A stretch of 64,000 nt of DNA from Vicinamibacterales bacterium (GTDB lineage: Bacteria > Acidobacteriota > Vicinamibacteria > Vicinamibacterales > 2-12-FULL-66-21). Numbering within the stretch: the stretch's first letter is position 1; every line of letters starts with the position of its first letter. Both the position numbers and the translations under genes were made by a program. Shown in pieces: positions 36,454 to 45,858 of the stretch. The stretch lies in contig DATAEE010000083.1 in the NCBI GenBank assembly GCA_036258175.1, forward strand, positions 27,752 to 91,751. The letters run 5' to 3'. The notes under the pieces are model-generated. The model did no database searches. It had not been told where the DNA came from and worked only from the letters and a program-made list of their open reading frames with translations.

Positions 36454-36871
36454 TGAGGCGCTGGATCAGACCGTCGGAATCGTCATCAGCTCGCGGCGGT
36501 ACTGGGATGGGAACATCAACCGCCGGGCGCTGGCTGACCGATCCGTCCAGTTCAACGATGACCGCGTCGAAGACGAATCGATATCCGTGCCTCGATACCG
36601 TTCGGATGTAGCGAGAATCGCGAGGGTCGTCTCCGATCGCACGCCTGAGCGTGCGGATCGCCTGCGTCAGCGCGCCGTCGGAAACGACGACATCCGCCCA
36701 GACGCGGTCGAAGATCTCGCGTCGATCGATCGCTTCGTCGCGGCGGTCGAGAAGGAGGAGAAGCAGATCGAAGTAGCGCGGTATCAGCGGGACGGGCGTT
36801 CCGTCGCGCAGGAGCTGCCGGCGGCGAGGATAGACGACGAACTCGCCGAACCGGTAGCGGCTACTCGCCAC
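36374..36871 (-). CDS. Winged-helix OmpR/PhoB-type (CadC-like) DNA-binding protein without a receiver domain
   Basis: YRFGEFVVYPRRRQLLRDGTPVPLIPRYFDLLLLLL...ALTQAIRTLRRAIGDDPRDSRYIRTVSRHGYRF. GTG start overlapping the propeller gene end by 11 nt. The short HEAT-like tail is possibly truncated. Confidence 0.8.
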   Translation of the reverse strand: MASSRYRFGEFVVYPRRRQLLRDGTPVPLIPRYFDLLLLLLDRRDEAIDRREIFDRVWADVVVSDGALTQAIRTLRRAIGDDPRDSRYIRTVSRHGYRFVFDAVIVELDGSVSQRPAVDVPIPVPPRADDDSDGLIQRLIANGSDEDRRDAAEQLGPTPSNDSGG

Positions 36872-38288
36872 CTATCTTGTATAGCTTTTTCTCAGTCCGC
36901 AGATAAATGGCCTTGCCCGCGACGGCTGGAGAGGCGAGCGACATTTCGCCGAGATCGTTGCGGAACAGCTCCGTATACGTATCCGCGGCGTCGAGCACGA
37001 ACGTCACGCCATCTTCGCTCAGAAAATAGATGCGTCGGCCCACCGCGGTGGGCGAGGCAGAGAACGTGTTGCCAGCGCCTCCCAGGCGCGCTTTGTAGAT
37101 CTGCTTGCCGGTCTTCGCGTCGAGGACGAGCAGGATGCCCGTGTCGTGCACGAGATACAGGCGGTTGTCGTGCGCAAGTGCTGACGGCGTGTACCCGGAC
37201 GCGCGCGGGTGCGACCAGAGAATGAAATCGTTGCTCGTCGCCTCGCCGGCGAGCGTGATATCGCCCGACGCGCCAGGCTTGATCGCGAGGAACGGCCGGT
37301 TCGCGTCGCCCTGTGAGCCGGTTCCGACATACAGCATGCCGTTTGCGGCGATGGGCGACGCTGTCGGCATCGCCATCCCTCCCGCGCGCCAGAGCTCCTG
37401 GCCCTGCAGGTCGTATGAGATGACGAACCCGTGTCCGGTGCTGACGATCTCCGTGCGGAGATCGTTTTTCCAGACGAGCGGCGTCATCCAGGACGAGCGC
37501 GGCAGGCCGGTTGAGGGACGCTCCGTCCGCCAGATTTCTTCGCCCGAGGCGGCGTCGAGCGCCGTGATGTAGGACGTCTGCTCGCTGTCGTGCAGCAGGT
37601 AGACGCGCCCGTCATGGACGACCGGCGAAGAGGCGGTGCCGAAGTCCAGATAGATCTTTTGCGGCGGCCACTGCTTCTTCCAGACGAGCGTGCCATCCAG
37701 CGTGTAACAGAACAGGCCGACGTTCTGGCCGAACGACACATACAGCCGCTGCCCGTCGGTAAAGGGCGTCTCGGACGCGTATGTGTTCTTGCGGTGCCGG
37801 CCGCCAGACGGCACGGCCTTGTGTGCTTCGCGCTCCCAGACGATCTTTCCCGAGCGCGCGTCGAGCGCGTAGACCATGTAGCGGAGGTCTTCGGACTCCT
37901 CGGGCGATTCCATGTCGCGCGCGCGGAGCTTCTTCATCAGCTTTTCGCCGGAGAGACCCGACGCGCTCAACTCGGCGATGTAGTCATTGCCGTAAAGCCC
38001 TGGGAGCGGTTGCTTGAACGGGCGGCGTCCGACGGCTGCTGTGACGAAGATCTGGTCGCCCCAGACGATCGGAGAGGACCATCCCCGGCCGGGGATCTCC
38101 GTCGCCCACTTAATCCCCGCCGTTTTCGACCAGCGCTCCGGGGCACTCGACGAAACGGCGATGCCGCTCTGATCGTGCCCGCGAAATCCCGGCCATGTTT
38201 CTTCCTTCGATGGGTCGGCGGTGGCCGCCGCCGCGCTTGATGCGAAAAGGAGCAGGGCCAGGACGGATCGCACGTGCAGCTTCAGCAT
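36861..38288 (-). CDS. Exported PQQ-like (BamB-like) beta-propeller repeat protein
   Basis: ORF trimmed to the ATG at 38288 (signal MLKLHVRSVLALLLFASSAAA). Recurrent propeller blades carry motifs of the type W...SSP.V..G..Y and ALDA.SG...W. Confidence 0.8.
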   Translation of the reverse strand: MLKLHVRSVLALLLFASSAAAATADPSKEETWPGFRGHDQSGIAVSSSAPERWSKTAGIKWATEIPGRGWSSPIVWGDQIFVTAAVGRRPFKQPLPGLYGNDYIAELSASGLSGEKLMKKLRARDMESPEESEDLRYMVYALDARSGKIVWEREAHKAVPSGGRHRKNTYASETPFTDGQRLYVSFGQNVGLFCYTLDGTLVWKKQWPPQKIYLDFGTASSPVVHDGRVYLLHDSEQTSYITALDAASGEEIWRTERPSTGLPRSSWMTPLVWKNDLRTEIVSTGHGFVISYDLQGQELWRAGGMAMPTASPIAANGMLYVGTGSQGDANRPFLAIKPGASGDITLAGEATSNDFILWSHPRASGYTPSALAHDNRLYLVHDTGILLVLDAKTGKQIYKARLGGAGNTFSASPTAVGRRIYFLSEDGVTFVLDAADTYTELFRNDLGEMSLASPAVAGKAIYLRTEKKLYKIGGE

Positions 38289-38367
38289 GGCGGCGAGCGT
38301 ATCACGGGCGGGTGGGCGGAGGACCGGTCGCGGGACGAAGCGCAGCCTCGCAGGGCTCCGCTCCAGA

Positions 38368-38829
38368 TTATTCAGATGGGCGTGGGAACGGCTGCACGCG
38401 GTAGCGGCCGTCACCCGCAAGGGCGCGACCGATTCGCGTGCCCAGCGCGCGGCGCTCGACAGTGCGCGGCGTCTCGCGGTGCGTCCGCGACGAGGCGGGG
38501 ACAGCGCGCGACCCGATCGCAAAGGTGGCGACCGCTGCGACCGACGTCGCGCCCGCCTTCGGCGCGTGAACGAGCAGCGCGCCGGTCTGAAGATCGCGCG
38601 ACACGAGCGCCGATGGCTCCTGCGACCGCAGCACGCCGGCGAGAGGAGGCACAAACACGATCGTGGAAATGACGCACACGGCTGCGAGCACGACCATCTC
38701 ACGCACGGCCTTCCGAGGCAGCCGGCCCGGGCTCACTGCGGCCGGCGGCTCCGGATGAACCGGCATGCCGGTAGTCCACGAAAGATCGCAGCCGTCGAGA
38801 CACGTCGACGTCGCGTGGGGGTTGTGCAT
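38368..38829 (-). CDS. Possible single-pass membrane protein
   Basis: High third-position GC in the TM segment EMVVLAAVCVISTIVFVPPL. Weak RBS and no family recognised. This is the only plausible ORF in a 730-nt gap. Confidence 0.3.
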   Translation of the reverse strand: MHNPHATSTCLDGCDLSWTTGMPVHPEPPAAVSPGRLPRKAVREMVVLAAVCVISTIVFVPPLAGVLRSQEPSALVSRDLQTGALLVHAPKAGATSVAAVATFAIGSRAVPASSRTHRETPRTVERRALGTRIGRALAGDGRYRVQPFPRPSE

Positions 38830-39021
38830 GGGCGCGATCCCTGCGAATCCTGCGCCAGAAAATCGAGGGATTACGAATTTGGGCAACCGCCCTGCCGGCA
38901 GGTCGTTGCGACCTTCGCAAACAAGATCGTCGCTCGCTGCGGACGCAGCGGTTTACTTCAATTCCCGTCGTTTTTACATTCCACGAAAATTGATGGTAGC
39001 TTCGTTACCCTGGGAGGCTCG

Positions 39022-39471
39022 ATGTTCCGCCGCACTTTCAGCGTGATTTTCGTCGTGATCGCCGCGTTCTCCGCCGGCGTGTACGCCGCGCAGCAGCTCG
39101 AACGGATCAATCCGCCAGGTCTCTCGACGCCGCAGACGTACACGCACGTCGTCAAAGCCGGCAAGACGCTTTACATCGCGGGCCAGGTCGGGGCAGGTCC
39201 GGACGGCACAGTTGCCGGGCCGGGAATGGCTGAACAACTCGATCGCGTGCTCACGAATCTCGGCCTTGCGCTGAAGTCGCAAGGCGCAGATTTCAGCCAC
39301 ATCGCGAAGATCACGATCTATACGACGAGCATCGCGGAGTTCCGCGAGGCCGCGAAGGTGCGCGAAAAGCACTTCGGCGCCAATCGCCCGGCGAGTACGC
39401 TCGTCCAGATCTCGCAGCTCGCGAATCCGGCCTTCAAGGTGGAGATCGAGGCCATAGCCGTCCTGCCCTAG
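39022..39471 (+). CDS. RidA/YjgF-family protein with an N-terminal signal/anchor sequence
   Basis: ATG 39022 with a GGGAGG RBS. MFRRTFSVIFVVIAAFSAGVYAAQQ is followed by the RidA core (LYIAGQVG...KITIYTT...PASTLVQISQLANPAFKVEIEAIA). Confidence 0.8.
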   Translation: MFRRTFSVIFVVIAAFSAGVYAAQQLERINPPGLSTPQTYTHVVKAGKTLYIAGQVGAGPDGTVAGPGMAEQLDRVLTNLGLALKSQGADFSHIAKITIYTTSIAEFREAAKVREKHFGANRPASTLVQISQLANPAFKVEIEAIAVLP

Positions 39472-39476
39472 CCGAA

Positions 39477-40715
39477 ATGACGCTGCTTCTCGTTCTTTCA
39501 CTGATTGCGCAAGCACCGGCGCCGGACTGCGCAGACTGGCGCGAGTGCCGCACGAAGGCGTTCGAGGCGGCGTCTCGCCAGGAGTACGAGGCGTTCCACG
39601 ATCTCGCATGGCGGGCGGTGCAGAAGGGACCGCCGCGCGATCCCGATCTCATGTATCTCGTGGCGCGCTCGCAGGCGTTGAGCGGCCGCCCGGCAGACGC
39701 GCTCGTGATGCTCAGGCGACTTGCCGAGATGAAGATTCCGACCGACGCGGTCTCGAGCGACGAGTTCGAGCGCGTGCGCGCCCTTCCAGGCTGGGCGGAC
39801 GTTGCAGCGCTTCTCGATAGCCGAAAGCCGGCCCTTGCGGCCGCCGAGGCCGCACCTCCGGTGCCGCCCGCCGCTCCGAACACCGTGGAGGACGCGCTGC
39901 GGTTCGACGCCATCTCGTTCGTCGCCGCCGGGCTCGGCTACGACGCAGTTTCGCGGCGGTTCGTCGTCGGAAACCGCGACGCCCGCAAGCTGTTCGTCGT
40001 GGACGAAGGATCGCGGCGCGCCAACGATCTGGTCGGGGCCGCCTCGGCAGGTTTCTACGCTATCGCCGGCCTCGACATCGATCCGCGGCGGGGCGATCTC
40101 TGGGTCGTCAGCGTGGAGGAAGGGCAGCCCGGAGCCGCGGCCGCTCACCGGCTCCAGCTCGTCTCCGGGCGGCTGCTCGAAACGCTCGCCGTCCCTGCGG
40201 CCCTTCTTCCCGTACGGTTCGCCGACGTCGCCGTCACCGACGACGGGGCGGTCCTGGCGCTCGACACCGCCGGCCGCCGGATTTTCCGCGCACGGTTCGG
40301 CGGTCACGCACTCGAAGTTGCCGCGACGCTTGATGTGCGCGATCCAACCAGCCTCGCGCCGAGCACTGCGACGGCGGTTTACGTCTCGCATGCAGGCGGT
40401 CTGGTAAGCGTCGATCTGGCGTCGAAGCGCGTTTCTGAGATCACCGCTCAGGACTCGATCGATCTCTCCGGCCTCGACCGCATCCGCATGAGCGGCGACT
40501 CGCTCGTAGCCGTACAACGCGGTACCGGCGACAGCCGGCGCATCGTCCGACTTGGCGTCAACTCGCGCGGGACCCGTGTTGTATCGTCGAAAATCCTGGA
40601 CGCCGCTGCGCCGGCGTCTGCCGCGACGGCCGCTACGGTGGCAGGAGACGCCTTCTACTACCTGTCGGCCGGTGCGTCGGGCGAAAAGGTGGTCAAGCGC
40701 GTCCCGCTGCGGTGA
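39477..40715 (+). CDS. Secreted hypothetical protein (helical N-terminal part plus a probable beta-propeller)
   Basis: Signal-like start MTLLLVLSLIAQAPA. No family recognised. Confidence 0.55.
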   Translation: MTLLLVLSLIAQAPAPDCADWRECRTKAFEAASRQEYEAFHDLAWRAVQKGPPRDPDLMYLVARSQALSGRPADALVMLRRLAEMKIPTDAVSSDEFERVRALPGWADVAALLDSRKPALAAAEAAPPVPPAAPNTVEDALRFDAISFVAAGLGYDAVSRRFVVGNRDARKLFVVDEGSRRANDLVGAASAGFYAIAGLDIDPRRGDLWVVSVEEGQPGAAAAHRLQLVSGRLLETLAVPAALLPVRFADVAVTDDGAVLALDTAGRRIFRARFGGHALEVAATLDVRDPTSLAPSTATAVYVSHAGGLVSVDLASKRVSEITAQDSIDLSGLDRIRMSGDSLVAVQRGTGDSRRIVRLGVNSRGTRVVSSKILDAAAPASAATAATVAGDAFYYLSAGASGEKVVKRVPLR

Positions 40716-41481
40716 AGGGAAGAAGGAACGTGATCGCGCGGCCGAGGCGCCGCGACCAGTCGTGTTCGGTGTGCCGGCCGCCCGGCTCCTCGACCCAAAG
40801 AAGAGACTCTCCCCAGCCCGCCCGCTCGAGCCCATCGGCCATCGCACGCGCGTCGCGCAGCGCCACCGCTCCCTCTTCGGTTCCCATGTCGAGATAAATG
40901 CGCGAGGCGGGTGTTCTGCGCGGGGACCTGAGATCGCCGATGACGTTGAAGATGCCGCGATCGCCGTGCCAGAACGCCGGGCTCATTGCCCCGGCGGCCC
41001 CGAATACGCGCGGCTGCTTGATGAGCGCGTACAGGCTGATGAGGCCTCCCATCGACGACCCGAGAATCGCGGTTGCGTCCCTTGCGCGGGACGTCCGGAA
41101 GCGACGGTCGATCTGCGGCTTGAGCGTCGACGCCAGGAACTTCACGTACCGGTCTCCCTTGCCTGGCCCGTAGCGACGATCCGCAAACGGGCTGTACTCG
41201 GTGATGCGGTCGCGTCCCCGGTGATGGATGCCGACGACGATCACTTCCAGCCCGTCGTCGGCGAGGTCGGCCAACACCTCCAAAAGACCCCAGGTGCCGC
41301 CAGCGAAGGCGGTCGCCGGGTCGCTGAGGTTCTGGCCGTCGTGCATGTACAGCACGGGATAGCGATCGCGACTCTCGTCGTACGAGGAGGGCAGGTAGAC
41401 GTCGACGGCCCGCCGGTTCCGCAGCTGCGGCGACCAGACAGCCGGCAGCGTGACTTTTGTGATTTGCGAGGCTCGGTTCAT
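40693..41481 (-). CDS. Alpha/beta-hydrolase, 'putative esterase' (esterase D / enterochelin-esterase-like) family
   Basis: YPVLYMHDGQN and the nucleophile elbow GSSMGG. ATGA overlap with the upstream ATP-grasp gene. Confidence 0.75.
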   Translation of the reverse strand: MNRASQITKVTLPAVWSPQLRNRRAVDVYLPSSYDESRDRYPVLYMHDGQNLSDPATAFAGGTWGLLEVLADLADDGLEVIVVGIHHRGRDRITEYSPFADRRYGPGKGDRYVKFLASTLKPQIDRRFRTSRARDATAILGSSMGGLISLYALIKQPRVFGAAGAMSPAFWHGDRGIFNVIGDLRSPRRTPASRIYLDMGTEEGAVALRDARAMADGLERAGWGESLLWVEEPGGRHTEHDWSRRLGRAITFLLPFTAAGRA

Positions 41482-42686
41482 TCAGTAGGACGTTCGGGCG
41501 CCGGCGCTGACGCGAAGAAATCGGCGTAGAACCGTTTGGCGTAGTCGTTGAGCAGGTGCTCGACTCGGCCTGCGTCTGGCGACGCGACGATCAGGCCTGC
41601 GTGGTAAGGCTTCTTCAGCCGCCGCACGATTTCCGGATCGGCAAACCTGGACAGGTCGGGCTCCTCCTGGCGTGCGAGCGTCAGGACGATGCCGGCCGAC
41701 CCGGTTGCAACCGGCGGCGCGTCGTACCGCCCGTCTTCGCCCGCGATCTCGAGCCGCGCCCACTCGCGCCAGAGGTTGGCACCGGTTGCCGCCTCGATCA
41801 CGTCGACGATGAAAGCGCCGCCGACGCGGGCCGACGTTTCGAGGAAGAACCACGCGCCGTCCGTGCCCCGGATGAACTCAGTGTGCGAGACTCCACGCTG
41901 CAGGCCGAGCCGCGACAGCACCTGTTGATTCACCGTCAGCAGCCCGCGCGCCTCGTCACCGTCGGACGGCAGGCGCCGCGTGATGAAAATCCCGCCCTCG
42001 TGGGCGACCTCCATCGGCGGTCGGCCATACTTCATCGCGACGGCGAAACGGATCTCGCCGCCGAACACGATGGAATCGACGTGATACACGTCGCCCTTGA
42101 CGAATCGCTCCAACAGGTAGTCCGCGCGCCCCTCGCCCGCGGCCTCGAGCGCCCGCCAGAGTTCCTCCGCGTTATTCACCTTCTTGATGCCGATTGCCGC
42201 GGCTGACGACCGCGGCTTCATGACCCACGGAGCGGGCACGGTTCCCGTCCACGACCGGATCTCCTCGTCGTTGACGAGCGCCACGAAGTCCGGCACGAGG
42301 ATGCCGCCGTTCCGAGCGCGCACGCGCATCGCGAGCTTGTCGCGGAAATGGCGGGCGGTCGTTTCTCCCATCCCCGGCGTGCGCAGGTACTCGCGGAGCA
42401 TGGCCGCGGTCTCGACGTCGAAATCGTCGAGCGCGACGATGCGATCGAGCCGTTCGGCGCGGGCGATGCCGGCAACCCTGCGGCGGAGTGCGTCGGGGGT
42501 GATATCGCGCGGTACCGTGTGGATGGCGTCGATCGACTCGCGCGGCCAGGCCGCATCCGCAAGCGAGTCGGCGGTCAGGAGCAGCACGCGGCACCCCTGG
42601 CGCCGGCACTCGCGGAGAAACTCTTCGCCCTTGAGGTACGTTGCGACCGCCAGCACGGTGAGCGGTCGTCCCGCCTCGGTCATCAT
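41478..42686 (-). CDS. ATP-grasp-domain amide ligase
   Basis: 402 aa. WVMKPRSSAAAIGIKKV, GDVYHVDSIV and HTEFIRGTDGAWFFLETSARVGG. Confidence 0.8.
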   Translation of the reverse strand: MMTEAGRPLTVLAVATYLKGEEFLRECRRQGCRVLLLTADSLADAAWPRESIDAIHTVPRDITPDALRRRVAGIARAERLDRIVALDDFDVETAAMLREYLRTPGMGETTARHFRDKLAMRVRARNGGILVPDFVALVNDEEIRSWTGTVPAPWVMKPRSSAAAIGIKKVNNAEELWRALEAAGEGRADYLLERFVKGDVYHVDSIVFGGEIRFAVAMKYGRPPMEVAHEGGIFITRRLPSDGDEARGLLTVNQQVLSRLGLQRGVSHTEFIRGTDGAWFFLETSARVGGAFIVDVIEAATGANLWREWARLEIAGEDGRYDAPPVATGSAGIVLTLARQEEPDLSRFADPEIVRRLKKPYHAGLIVASPDAGRVEHLLNDYAKRFYADFFASAPAPERPTE

Positions 42687-42737
42687 TCTTTTATACTCCG
42701 GATTCTGCGTTGATCTGAGCTAATCTGCGCTTCCACC

Positions 42738-43469
42738 ATGAGGGACTATCACCGCTGGTACAGCCATCGCCTTGGCCGCGAGATGGGCGTGAACGTGTAC
42801 GGCCACTGGGGGCCGCCGATGATCGTCTTTCCCACGACCGGCGGCGACGAGTGGGAGTACGAACGGCAGGGCGTCATCGCGTCGATCTGGCCGGCGATCG
42901 AGGACGGGCGCGTCAAGGTGTTCTGCATCAACACGAATCACGGCGATTCGTTCGGCAACGGCGGCGCGCATCCCCTCCACCGAAGCTGGATGCAGAAGCA
43001 GTACGACGAGTACGTCCGGGCCGAAATCGTCCCGTTCGTGCACTCGCACTGCCGCACGGCGGATGTGCCCATCTGGACGATGGGCGCGTCGCTCGGCGCG
43101 TACCATGCGGCGAACACGCTGTTCAAGTATCCGGACCTGGTGAAGCGCTGCTACGCGCTCTCCGGCGTGTTCGACATGAAGCGATCGATGAACGGCCACT
43201 ACGACGACAACTTCTATTTCAATAACCCGGTCGACTATCTGCAGAATCTCTCCGACTCCTGGGCGCTCGGGAATCTTGCCAGCTGCGAGATCCACATCGC
43301 GACCGGAACGGGTCCGTGGGAGAACAGCGGCGAGTCGTATCGGCTCTCAGGAATTCTCGCGAGCCGCGGCGTCAGACATCACCTCGACGACTGGGGGCCG
43401 CTCGGGGGCCACGACTGGCCCTTCTGGAAACACCAGCTGCGCGTGTATCTGGGAATTGAAGGGGCCTGA
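42738..43469 (+). CDS. Alpha/beta-hydrolase, esterase-family protein (COG4947-like)
   Basis: 243 aa with GASLGAYHAANTLFKYP as the nucleophile elbow. Divergent from the ATP-grasp gene and convergent with the aminopeptidase gene. Confidence 0.7.
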   Translation: MRDYHRWYSHRLGREMGVNVYGHWGPPMIVFPTTGGDEWEYERQGVIASIWPAIEDGRVKVFCINTNHGDSFGNGGAHPLHRSWMQKQYDEYVRAEIVPFVHSHCRTADVPIWTMGASLGAYHAANTLFKYPDLVKRCYALSGVFDMKRSMNGHYDDNFYFNNPVDYLQNLSDSWALGNLASCEIHIATGTGPWENSGESYRLSGILASRGVRHHLDDWGPLGGHDWPFWKHQLRVYLGIEGA

Positions 43470-43471
43470 TC

Positions 43472-44497
43472 CTACAGCCCAAACCGATCGAGGCGGTACT
43501 TTCCCTTGTCGATGACCTGCTCGTCATCGATCCAGACGTCGCACTCCCGCGTCAGCACGTCTACATGGGTTGTCGATTTCCAGTCGGCACCGGTCTGGCT
43601 GCCGTACGGATCGCCGAACGCGATGTGCACGCCTGGGACCTTTTCGTCCTGGAGCAGGATGCCGATCATGCGATCGACACCGAGGTTGGTGCCGAAGGCG
43701 AGCTCGCCGACACGGTCGCTGTGCTCGTCGGCGTGGCAGTAATCCCAGAACTCGCGCTCGAGATCGTGGCGGGGTGAGTCCGCCGCGACCAGGCGTCCGC
43801 CTTCGATGTGCAGCGTGAGCGGCGTGTCGTGGAGGTCGCCGTATTTCGGGCCGAAGTAGTCGCCTGCAGGTCCGTCGCAGACGAAGACGCCGTCGACCGA
43901 TGCCGGCGTGGTAAAGACCTCGCCGGCGGGAAGATTCGACCAGTACCGCGTGCTGATGAGGCCGCTCGTCTTGATCCAGTCCCATTCGGGATTGAAGGTG
44001 GCGGTGAACGCCGTGCCACGCGACGTGGAGACCCGCAGGCGCGACGCCCGCCGCATTCGCTCGCGCAGCCGTTCGCTCAAGCGATCGACGAGCCGGTAGT
44101 CGGCGCGCATGCCCTCCATCATGATTTGCGGCGTGACGCCGACCATGTGCGCGTAGCGCATCATCCGGCGCTCGACGAGGCCGACGATCGCCATCCGGGC
44201 CTTGAGCTCTCCCTCGAGCGGCTGCACGCACAGGATGCCGGCATCTGCCTGGCCGAGCGCGTCGAGAACCGCCGGCGGCGCGTCAGTCAAAGGTCGTCGG
44301 GCGACAGCCTCGAGAAGGAGCCGGTCCGGGTGCGCGCCGGCGGAGTCGAGCGCGGCGCTCAGGCTCGCCGCGACCTCACGGCTCGCAGCGTCGGCCATGA
44401 GCGCGACGCGCTCGCCTGGTTGAACCGCGAGGCACACGTTAACGGCGTTGCGGGCACCTTCGAGCAGCTCGGGGAGGACAGGGCCGAAATCGGTCAT
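43472..44497 (-). CDS. M29-family (AmpS/PepS-like) aminopeptidase
   Basis: ORF trimmed to the ATG at 44497. NLPAGEVFTTP, ELAFGTN and GVHIAFGDPYG...HVD. Confidence 0.75.
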   Translation of the reverse strand: MTDFGPVLPELLEGARNAVNVCLAVQPGERVALMADAASREVAASLSAALDSAGAHPDRLLLEAVARRPLTDAPPAVLDALGQADAGILCVQPLEGELKARMAIVGLVERRMMRYAHMVGVTPQIMMEGMRADYRLVDRLSERLRERMRRASRLRVSTSRGTAFTATFNPEWDWIKTSGLISTRYWSNLPAGEVFTTPASVDGVFVCDGPAGDYFGPKYGDLHDTPLTLHIEGGRLVAADSPRHDLEREFWDYCHADEHSDRVGELAFGTNLGVDRMIGILLQDEKVPGVHIAFGDPYGSQTGADWKSTTHVDVLTRECDVWIDDEQVIDKGKYRLDRFGL

Positions 44498-44517
44498 TGC
44501 GATTAATTGTACGACAC

Positions 44518-45858
44518 CTACCCAAGAACAAAAGCCGGCACCTGGCCGCCGCCCGATGTGACATTGGCGAGGCCCGAGGCGCTCAGCCGGGTCAGGTAGC
44601 CGCCGAGCCGTCCGCGAAACAGATACGGCGCGAAGTCGACGAGCATTTCGCGCTCGACGACCGCGCCCTCCTCGCACATCGCGAACCGCTCGCGGCGGAC
44701 GGGGATGCGTGCCTGCACGATCCAGGCGCGCTCCGGTTCGCGAACCGCCCGTTCGAGTGCGCGATCCCACGTGCTAGCGTCGGTCTCCCAGCCCAGCGTG
44801 ACGCCGCTGCCGCCGTATTCGTCGCTGGGCTTGACGACCATTTCTTCGCGGTGAGCGCGGACGTACGAGAGCAAGTCGATCTTTTGGCCGTCGCGAGTCG
44901 TTTCTGATTGAGTGAGCCGGCGCGTCCAGGGCACGTGACGGCGGATCAGTTCACGCTCCGTACGGTCGAACAACCCCTGGTGCCGATCGTCGGTGAGCAC
45001 CGCGAAAAACGTCTTTTTGTGAGGAAGCTTGCACCGGAACGTATTGGCGACGCATGCAAGACGCTGCCTGTAAGCCTCCACGAGAAGCCGGCAATCGTCG
45101 TGGCGGGCGACGATGTCATTGATGAGGACGCGGCGATAGACGAGATCGACCGCGCGTCCAGCCGCGATCAGCCGGCCGTTCGCGATTTCCAGCTCCCGCG
45201 GATCGGCGACGACGGTCGGTGTCCCGAGAACGGAGAATGCGGCGGCGAGCAGCTCGAACTCGCTCCATGTCGGCACGTCGCGCCAATCCACAATGGCGAT
45301 GACCGGCGCGGACGCGGTGCCGCCCCATTCCCGGAAGCTGGTGAGGAGCGCGACGTGCAGCCGCTCGATCGACTTGTGCATCGAAACCGCGAACTGCTCG
45401 CGGAACGGCGTCATCGCCGGCAGCGACTCGAACACCTCGCCCAGCCGCTGGGCGTAGCCGGGACCGGCGGGAGATTCGGCGTTGTACTCGGCGAACCAGA
45501 GCGAGTCCGGCAGGATGAACGCGTCGGCGCGCGAGGCTGTGCTCGCGGTCTGGTATCCGGGATCGAGGGCTGCGAGCCGCAGCTCGGCCTCGGACAGTCC
45601 CAGTTCCGCGGTGAGGGCAGGCGTCTCGAGCGCCAGCCGCGCGACCCGCTCACCAATCGCGGCGAGCCCCTCAGCGGCAGTGCGCACGCGCGCTTCGTCC
45701 GAGGCGGGGAGAAAGAACGGCCGGAGGAATGGGCAGAGGAGCCGGCCGCCGAACGTCAGCCGCTCGTCGCGCATGCGCACCGCGAGCTCTGCGCACGCGC
45801 GCTCGCCTGAAGCGGCCGCGAACAGGTCCTGCCAGATGCGTCCCGGATCGGCGGTCAC
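44518..45858 (-). CDS. Circularly permuted ATP-grasp type 2 protein
   Basis: Trimmed to the GTG at 45858, which forms a GTGA overlap with the upstream stop. The C-terminal core is MVVKPSDEYGGSGVTLGW...WIVQARI...GLANVTSGGGQVPAFVLG. Confidence 0.7.
   Translation of the reverse strand: MTADPGRIWQDLFAAASGERACAELAVRMRDERLTFGGRLLCPFLRPFFLPASDEARVRTAAEGLAAIGERVARLALETPALTAELGLSEAELRLAALDPGYQTASTASRADAFILPDSLWFAEYNAESPAGPGYAQRLGEVFESLPAMTPFREQFAVSMHKSIERLHVALLTSFREWGGTASAPVIAIVDWRDVPTWSEFELLAAAFSVLGTPTVVADPRELEIANGRLIAAGRAVDLVYRRVLINDIVARHDDCRLLVEAYRQRLACVANTFRCKLPHKKTFFAVLTDDRHQGLFDRTERELIRRHVPWTRRLTQSETTRDGQKIDLLSYVRAHREEMVVKPSDEYGGSGVTLGWETDASTWDRALERAVREPERAWIVQARIPVRRERFAMCEEGAVVEREMLVDFAPYLFRGRLGGYLTRLSASGLANVTSGGGQVPAFVLG

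Noticed and set aside
36185-37225. 346-codon plus-strand ORF
   Set aside because: It is antisense to the wHTH regulator and the PQQ-like propeller, both of which have clear family motifs. The product is Arg/Ala-rich, as is typical of shadow ORFs in high-GC DNA.
39498-40847. 449-codon minus-strand ORF
   Set aside because: It mirrors the better-behaved plus-strand gene 39477..40715. Its composition is extremely Arg/Gly-rich and I found no motif.
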